A stretch of 63,271 nucleotides of DNA, filler included, from Desulfonatronovibrionaceae bacterium (GTDB taxonomy: Bacteria > Desulfobacterota > Desulfovibrionia > Desulfovibrionales > Desulfonatronovibrionaceae), in assembly GCA_046539845.1 (NCBI GenBank). It is 3 parts of 3 records of this genome, joined end to end, with 100 filler letters (N's around TTAATTAATTAA, not from the genome) between each part and the next. Parts side by side here need not be neighbours in the genome. Positions count along the whole stretch, not along the records: positions 57,311 to 63,271 come from JBKHGE010000065.1; 2 more parts are not named here. One strand, 5' to 3'. Positions within the stretch are counted from its first letter, which is position 1; the number at the start of each line of letters is the position of its first letter. Positions 58,439-63,271 of the stretch are shown piece by piece. Made by a program: the position numbers and the translations under genes. The notes beneath the pieces were generated by a model that saw nothing but the letters and a program-made list of their open reading frames with translations, did not search any database and was not told where the DNA came from.

Positions 58439-59255
58439 ACTCCTGGAGCATGGGTTCGCCGTTGATGTCCTTGAGTGAATTGAGAATAATCAGGATTATG
58501 TCCAATACGTACCAGATAAACAGCCCGCCCAGGGTAAAGAGCTTGAGCATGCCCAGGGTGCGATGGCCCAGATAAAAGCGGTCCAGGGCCAAGAATCCGG
58601 CGGTAAAGGAGAAGATAAGGGCTATGCTCTGGTATCTGCGGCCCTCGGTGTCCACGGCGACCCCGTCCGCGGTCTTGTTCAGGCGGCCGGAGATTATGCA
58701 GTAGGCGTCAAGGACAAACCAGAGAAAGAGGACTATGCCCACTAGTCCGGCCAGAAAGGAGAGTACCGGATTGAATCCGAAGCCCCCGCCCCGGGGTCCG
58801 AAGGTGGAGAGCATGGCGTAGTATAGGATGTAGAAGAGTGCGCTCACACCCACACGGACAAGGCCCAGCTTGTGATAGCGCATATAAAAATAGTGTGCGC
58901 CGAGGATATTGCCGAAAATAAGCAGAAACATCAAAAACACCGGATTTTTGTGCTCGCTGCCTTCCAGATCTTGGCCGTAGACATCGGTTTGTTTGTTGAA
59001 AAGGAGAAGGAAGATGTCCACTATCCACCAGATGAACAGTCCACCTAGAGTGATCAGTTTGAGGATCCCGGTTCCGATTTTGCCCAGATAAAAGCGGTCA
59101 AACCCGAAGATGCCGAAGATCAGGGCCAGCATCAGGGTGACGTGATACGATTTTTTGTGTGCCGGTTTTTCCTCTTCCTCAGAGCGCATTTTTTTCAAAA
59201 GCACGGTGTCTTTGAACTGGGTGATTTCATCAACGAAGCTCATTGGTTGGGTCAT
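58437..59255 (-). CDS. TM2-domain membrane protein with three tandem TM2-like repeats
   Basis: GFDRFYLGK...[19 protein letters not shown] and LDRFYLGH...[17 protein letters not shown]. Confidence 0.88.
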   Translation of the reverse strand: MTQPMSFVDEITQFKDTVLLKKMRSEEEEKPAHKKSYHVTLMLALIFGIFGFDRFYLGKIGTGILKLITLGGLFIWWIVDIFLLLFNKQTDVYGQDLEGSEHKNPVFLMFLLIFGNILGAHYFYMRYHKLGLVRVGVSALFYILYYAMLSTFGPRGGGFGFNPVLSFLAGLVGIVLFLWFVLDAYCIISGRLNKTADGVAVDTEGRRYQSIALIFSFTAGFLALDRFYLGHRTLGMLKLFTLGGLFIWYVLDIILIILNSLKDINGEPMLQE

Positions 59256-59403
59256 GACCGGCCTCCTTTTTGGGGGTGGAAATTTGTTTGTAAACAATTC
59301 CATTAAATGCCAGAACTTCTTTTATGTCAACGGGGTATTTGAAACCGGCGGTAAAAATACCCTAAACCCGTAGAATAGAGTTGTATTTGCAGGACGGATC
59401 AAA

Positions 59404-60687
59404 ATGCATATAGCCACCACGCATAAAAATGCGGATTTTGACGCCCTGGCCTCGCTTGTGGCCGCGGCTTTTCTCTATCCCGGCCTTCTGGGCGTTTTGC
59501 CCGGACAGATACGGGACAATGTCAAGGCCTTTCTGGCCCTGCACCGTGATCTGTTCCCTTTGGCCCCGCGCAAGGGGCTGGATCTTTCCTGTGTCAGCCG
59601 GCTGGTGGTAGTGGACGCCAATTCCTGGAAGCGTCTGGATCGTATGGACACTCTGGTCCAGTGCCCAAATATCCATGTCTGGGATCACCATCTGTCTGGG
59701 GGTGATATCCGGGGAAAGATGGTCTCTATTCAGCCCCTGGGGGCAAACGTGACTCAGATGGTGGAGGAGATGCACGCCCGGGACTGCGCCTTTTCTCCGA
59801 TCCAGGCCACTCTTTTTCTTATGGGCATTTATGAGGATACCGGCAAGCTGAGCTATCCCTCGACAACCTCCAGGGATGCTGCGGCAGCCGCCTTTCTTCT
59901 GGAGAACGGGGCGGACTTGAATGTGGCCGGATCTTATCTGTCCGCCTCTTTTGACGCCGGCCAGGCCGAAGTTTTGACTGCAATGCTTGAAAAGGATGAG
60001 CTGGTAAAGATAAGCGGATATACTGTGGGTCTGGCCGGTGTCCGGCTGGAGCAGGTCGCGGTGGATCTGGCCCCGATCGTCAGCGAATACCTGGAGATCA
60101 AAGGTGCTGATGCCGCTTTCGGGGTCTTTCGCCTGGACCAACAGAGCACTATTGTTATCGGCCGCAGTAAAGGCAGTGACCTGGATGTGGGTCGGGTGGT
60201 CTGCGCCCTGGGAGGAGGTGGGCATGCCGGGGCCGGATCGGCCTTGCTCAAAAGCGGCCGCTTTGACGAAATCAGGGATAAGGTCCGGGAGCTGATCCAG
60301 GAGATGGACCGGCCCCGGCTTGGCGTGAGCGAGATCATGTCCGGGCTCGATGGTTGTCTTGCCCCGGACATCCAGATCAGAGAGGCCCGGGATATTCTGG
60401 ACAAGAGACGGGCCCGGGCCGCATTGGTTCTGAGCGGGGACAGATGCGTAGGGGTCATAAGCGAGGCCGAACTGGGCAAGGCCCGGAGCGAATCCCAGCT
60501 CAACTCCCCGGTCAAGGCCTTTATGCGCAGAGAGGTGCCCTGTGTCCACCCTGAGCAGAGCCTGCACGAGGTCATGGGTTTTTTTTCCGACATGGAAATC
60601 CCTATGCTTCCGGTGGTTAAAGATGGGACCGCAGTTGGTGTTTTGACCAGAAGCGATCTCCTCTTGCAACTCTATCACAATTTTTAG
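59404..60687 (+). CDS. DHH/DHHA1 phosphoesterase with C-terminal CBS pair
   Basis: THKNADFD, VVVD, DHH, GIYEDTG and GGGGH motifs, then two CBS domains. Confidence 0.88.
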   Translation: MHIATTHKNADFDALASLVAAAFLYPGLLGVLPGQIRDNVKAFLALHRDLFPLAPRKGLDLSCVSRLVVVDANSWKRLDRMDTLVQCPNIHVWDHHLSGGDIRGKMVSIQPLGANVTQMVEEMHARDCAFSPIQATLFLMGIYEDTGKLSYPSTTSRDAAAAAFLLENGADLNVAGSYLSASFDAGQAEVLTAMLEKDELVKISGYTVGLAGVRLEQVAVDLAPIVSEYLEIKGADAAFGVFRLDQQSTIVIGRSKGSDLDVGRVVCALGGGGHAGAGSALLKSGRFDEIRDKVRELIQEMDRPRLGVSEIMSGLDGCLAPDIQIREARDILDKRRARAALVLSGDRCVGVISEAELGKARSESQLNSPVKAFMRREVPCVHPEQSLHEVMGFFSDMEIPMLPVVKDGTAVGVLTRSDLLLQLYHNF

Positions 60688-60833
60688 CCCCGGGTTTTGC
60701 AAACATCTGTTCTGTCGACAATTGACCCGAATACAGGTAAATATTTTACCGTATTGGCGCTATTGAGGGATTGTAAGCTGTAAATCCGGTTTTATGGATC
60801 CTTGGAAATGGATTTAAAAAGGAGTGTTTGGTT

Positions 60834-61418
60834 ATGAAAGTAGTCAGTCTGCTCGGAAGCCCCAGAAAAAAGGGCAACAGTTCCATAATGGCTGAACACC
60901 TGACCTCGCTGCTGGCTGAAAAGCACGGGGCGGAGATCAAAAGCCATCATTTGAATAGCCTTGACTTCAAGGGCTGTCAGGCCTGTTTTATGTGCAAGAC
61001 AAAGTCTGATAAATGCGTGCAAAAGGACGACTTGGCCCCGGTCCTGGAGGACGCGGCCGGATGCGACATCCTGATCCTGGCCACCCCGGTGTATTTCGGG
61101 GAAGTTTCCGCCCAGCTCAAGGGGTTTATAGACCGCACTTTTTCCTACCTGGTCCCGGATTACGGCACGAGCAATATAAAGACCCGGCTCACTCCGGGAA
61201 AGCAATTGGTCTTTTTGATCAGCCAGGGACATCCCAAAGAGGAGTTGTTTGCGGATATCTTTCCCCGCTACGACTATTTCTTTAAATGGCAGGGGTTTAC
61301 CACTAATTATGTCCTTCGGGCCTGCGGGGTGTATGACAAGGGAGCGGTGGATGAAAGAAAAGATATCTTTTCCGAACTTAAGGCGATTGCCGACAGTATA
61401 ATCGACCAGGTCCGCTGA
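60834..61418 (+). CDS. Iron-sulfur flavoprotein (Isf / NADPH-dependent FMN reductase family)
   Basis: GSPRKKGNS, CQACFMC...C, TPVYFG and KGFIDR motifs. Confidence 0.92.
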   Translation: MKVVSLLGSPRKKGNSSIMAEHLTSLLAEKHGAEIKSHHLNSLDFKGCQACFMCKTKSDKCVQKDDLAPVLEDAAGCDILILATPVYFGEVSAQLKGFIDRTFSYLVPDYGTSNIKTRLTPGKQLVFLISQGHPKEELFADIFPRYDYFFKWQGFTTNYVLRACGVYDKGAVDERKDIFSELKAIADSIIDQVR

Positions 61419-63262
61419 TGGGGGGGTATCTTAATCTGCGCCAGTGCGTGGAGGATCTGCGCGTCCGTGGAGAGCTTTTAAAGATAGATGCCCGGATTGA
61501 TCCCTATCTGGAGGCGGGAGCGATCCAGAGGCGGGTGTTCAGGGCCGGAGGTCCGGCCCTTTTGTTCGCTAATGTTCGGGGTACCCCCTTTCCCATGCTG
61601 GGGAACTTATTTGGGACTGCATCCAGGCTGCGTTTTATTTTCCGCCATTCCTTGCCCGCTTTAAAGGAACTCATGGCAGTGAAATTCGACCCCCTACGCC
61701 TGTTTTCCAGACCGTTGAATCTTTTCCGCCTCCCCCCGGCCCTTTATCACGCCCTGCCCGGAAGGGCACGTACCGGACCGGCCGCCTGGGGCCGGACCAC
61801 CCTTTCCGCCCTGCCCGGCCTGGTGTCCTGGCCCGGAGACGGCGGGGCATACGTCACTCTGCCCCAGGTCTATTCCGAGGACCCGGAAAATCCCGGATAT
61901 ATCGGATCGAATATGGGCATGTACCGGGTGCAGCTCACCGGTAACCGCTATGTACGGGACCGGGAGGCCGGGCTGCATTATCAGATCCACCGGGGCATTG
62001 GCGCCCATCACGCCAAAAGCCTGAAGCGGGGCGAGGGATTGGCGGTGAATGTCTTTGTCGGCGGCCCGCCGGCCATGACCCTGGCCGCGGTTATGCCCCT
62101 GCCCGAGGGGGTGCCGGAGATCATGTTCGCCGGTGTCCTGGCCGGGAGACGGATAAAAATGATCCGGCCGGACAGGGGTCTGCCTTTTCCTGCGGAGGCG
62201 GATTTTTGTATCCGGGGCCGGCTTTTGCCCGCAGAGAACAAGCCGGAGGGGCCGTTCGGGGATCACCTAGGCTATTATAGCCTGCGCCATGATTTTCCGG
62301 TTCTGCGCGTGGATGAGGTTTTACACCGCAAGGATGCGATCTGGCCGTTTACTACCGTGGGTCGGCCCCCGCAGGAGGACACGGTCCTGGGGGATTTCAT
62401 CCATGAGCTTACCGCCCCCCTAGTCTCAGAGGTCTTTTCCGGGGTGCGCGAGATCCACGCCGTGGACGCGGCCGGAGTGCATCCCTTGCTTTTGGCTGTG
62501 GCCAGGGAGAGCTATGTGCCGTTTGCGGTCCAAAGGCAGCCGCAGGAGATACTCACCTGCGCCCTGTCTTTATTGGGCCGGACCCAGACATCGCTTTCCA
62601 AGTATGTCTTGATCGCTGCCCAGGAGGACGATCCCGGCCTGAGCCCCAAAAACATGCCCATGTTTTTTAAGCACGTCCTGGAGCGTATCGATCTGGACCG
62701 GGATATCCATTTTTTCACCCGGACCACCATGGATACCCTGGATTACTCCGGAATAAGTCTGAATCAGGGCTCCAAGGCGGTCTGGGCTGTGGCCGGAGGC
62801 AAAAAGCGCAGGCTCGGGCTGGATCTCCCCCGGGACTTGCGGCTCCCGTCCGGATTCGGCCGCCCGGTGTTATTCGCTCCGGGGATAATAGTTATTCAGG
62901 GTCCGGGGCACTCCCGGCCCCGGGACAGCTCCTCCCCGGAGATGGCCGAACTCGGCCGGGCGCTGGCCGAACAACCCGGCCTGGAAGGCTTCCCCCTGCT
63001 GGTGGTGGCAGACGACAGCAGTTTTTGCGCTTCCGGGTGGGATAATTTTTTGTGGACGGTATTCACCCGGTCCGATCCGGCCAGTGATTCATACGGGGCC
63101 GGGGAATTTATGCATTGCAAGCATTGGTCTCCGGGGAGGGCGCTTATAATCGACGCCCGGCTGAAGACCTATCATGCCCCGCCCCTTAAGGACGATCCCC
63201 AGGTGGAGAAAAGAGTGGACCGTTTAGGGGAGAAGGGCGGCCCGCTTCACGGGATAATTTAG
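61418..63262 (+). CDS. UbiD-family prFMN-dependent decarboxylase
   Basis: GPALLF, GNLFG, NMGMYR, EGPFGDHLGYY and GRPPQED motifs. Confidence 0.93.
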   Translation: MGGYLNLRQCVEDLRVRGELLKIDARIDPYLEAGAIQRRVFRAGGPALLFANVRGTPFPMLGNLFGTASRLRFIFRHSLPALKELMAVKFDPLRLFSRPLNLFRLPPALYHALPGRARTGPAAWGRTTLSALPGLVSWPGDGGAYVTLPQVYSEDPENPGYIGSNMGMYRVQLTGNRYVRDREAGLHYQIHRGIGAHHAKSLKRGEGLAVNVFVGGPPAMTLAAVMPLPEGVPEIMFAGVLAGRRIKMIRPDRGLPFPAEADFCIRGRLLPAENKPEGPFGDHLGYYSLRHDFPVLRVDEVLHRKDAIWPFTTVGRPPQEDTVLGDFIHELTAPLVSEVFSGVREIHAVDAAGVHPLLLAVARESYVPFAVQRQPQEILTCALSLLGRTQTSLSKYVLIAAQEDDPGLSPKNMPMFFKHVLERIDLDRDIHFFTRTTMDTLDYSGISLNQGSKAVWAVAGGKKRRLGLDLPRDLRLPSGFGRPVLFAPGIIVIQGPGHSRPRDSSSPEMAELGRALAEQPGLEGFPLLVVADDSSFCASGWDNFLWTVFTRSDPASDSYGAGEFMHCKHWSPGRALIIDARLKTYHAPPLKDDPQVEKRVDRLGEKGGPLHGII

Positions 63263-63271
63263 TGACTTATT

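Noticed and set aside
1..63271. CRISPR array, rRNA or prophage structural genes
   Set aside because: No regularly spaced repeats, rRNA motifs or phage structural ORFs seen.

Overview
High-GC bacterial DNA, most likely a Desulfovibrionales sulfate reducer (inferred from the split PurH, the Cys/His-LID adenylate kinase, the CobA-HemD fusion and overall gene content). The window is three contigs joined by artificial 100-bp N/TTAATTAATTAA spacers (29358-29457, 57211-57310), so adjacency across them is meaningless. Most genes are housekeeping: plsY, hflX, purH-like, purB, pyrE, valS, cobA/hemD, purN, nrdG/nrdD behind a cobalamin riboswitch, ubiX, cheX, comEC, ftsK, adk, aat/clpA/clpS and a UbiD-family gene. 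There are two tRNAs (Phe-GAA, Arg-CCG) and a P4-type integrase island at tRNA-Arg. Features the ORF track misses: (1) hflX apparently starts at a non-canonical AUA codon; (2) a 39-aa very basic ORF with a strong RBS and a structured leader; (3) a solitary integron attC site after an AT-rich C45-hydrolase gene remnant; (4) MazF-like and four-helix-bundle pseudogenes downstream of tRNA-Phe; (5) a 10-aa insertion in a conserved P-type ATPase helix; (6) a doubly broken histidine kinase; (7) a PaaK-like ligase with degenerate catalytic motifs. The best candidate for an undescribed system is a four-gene Csd4/Csd6-like peptidoglycan-trimming module. All family assignments come from motif recognition by eye; no searches were run.
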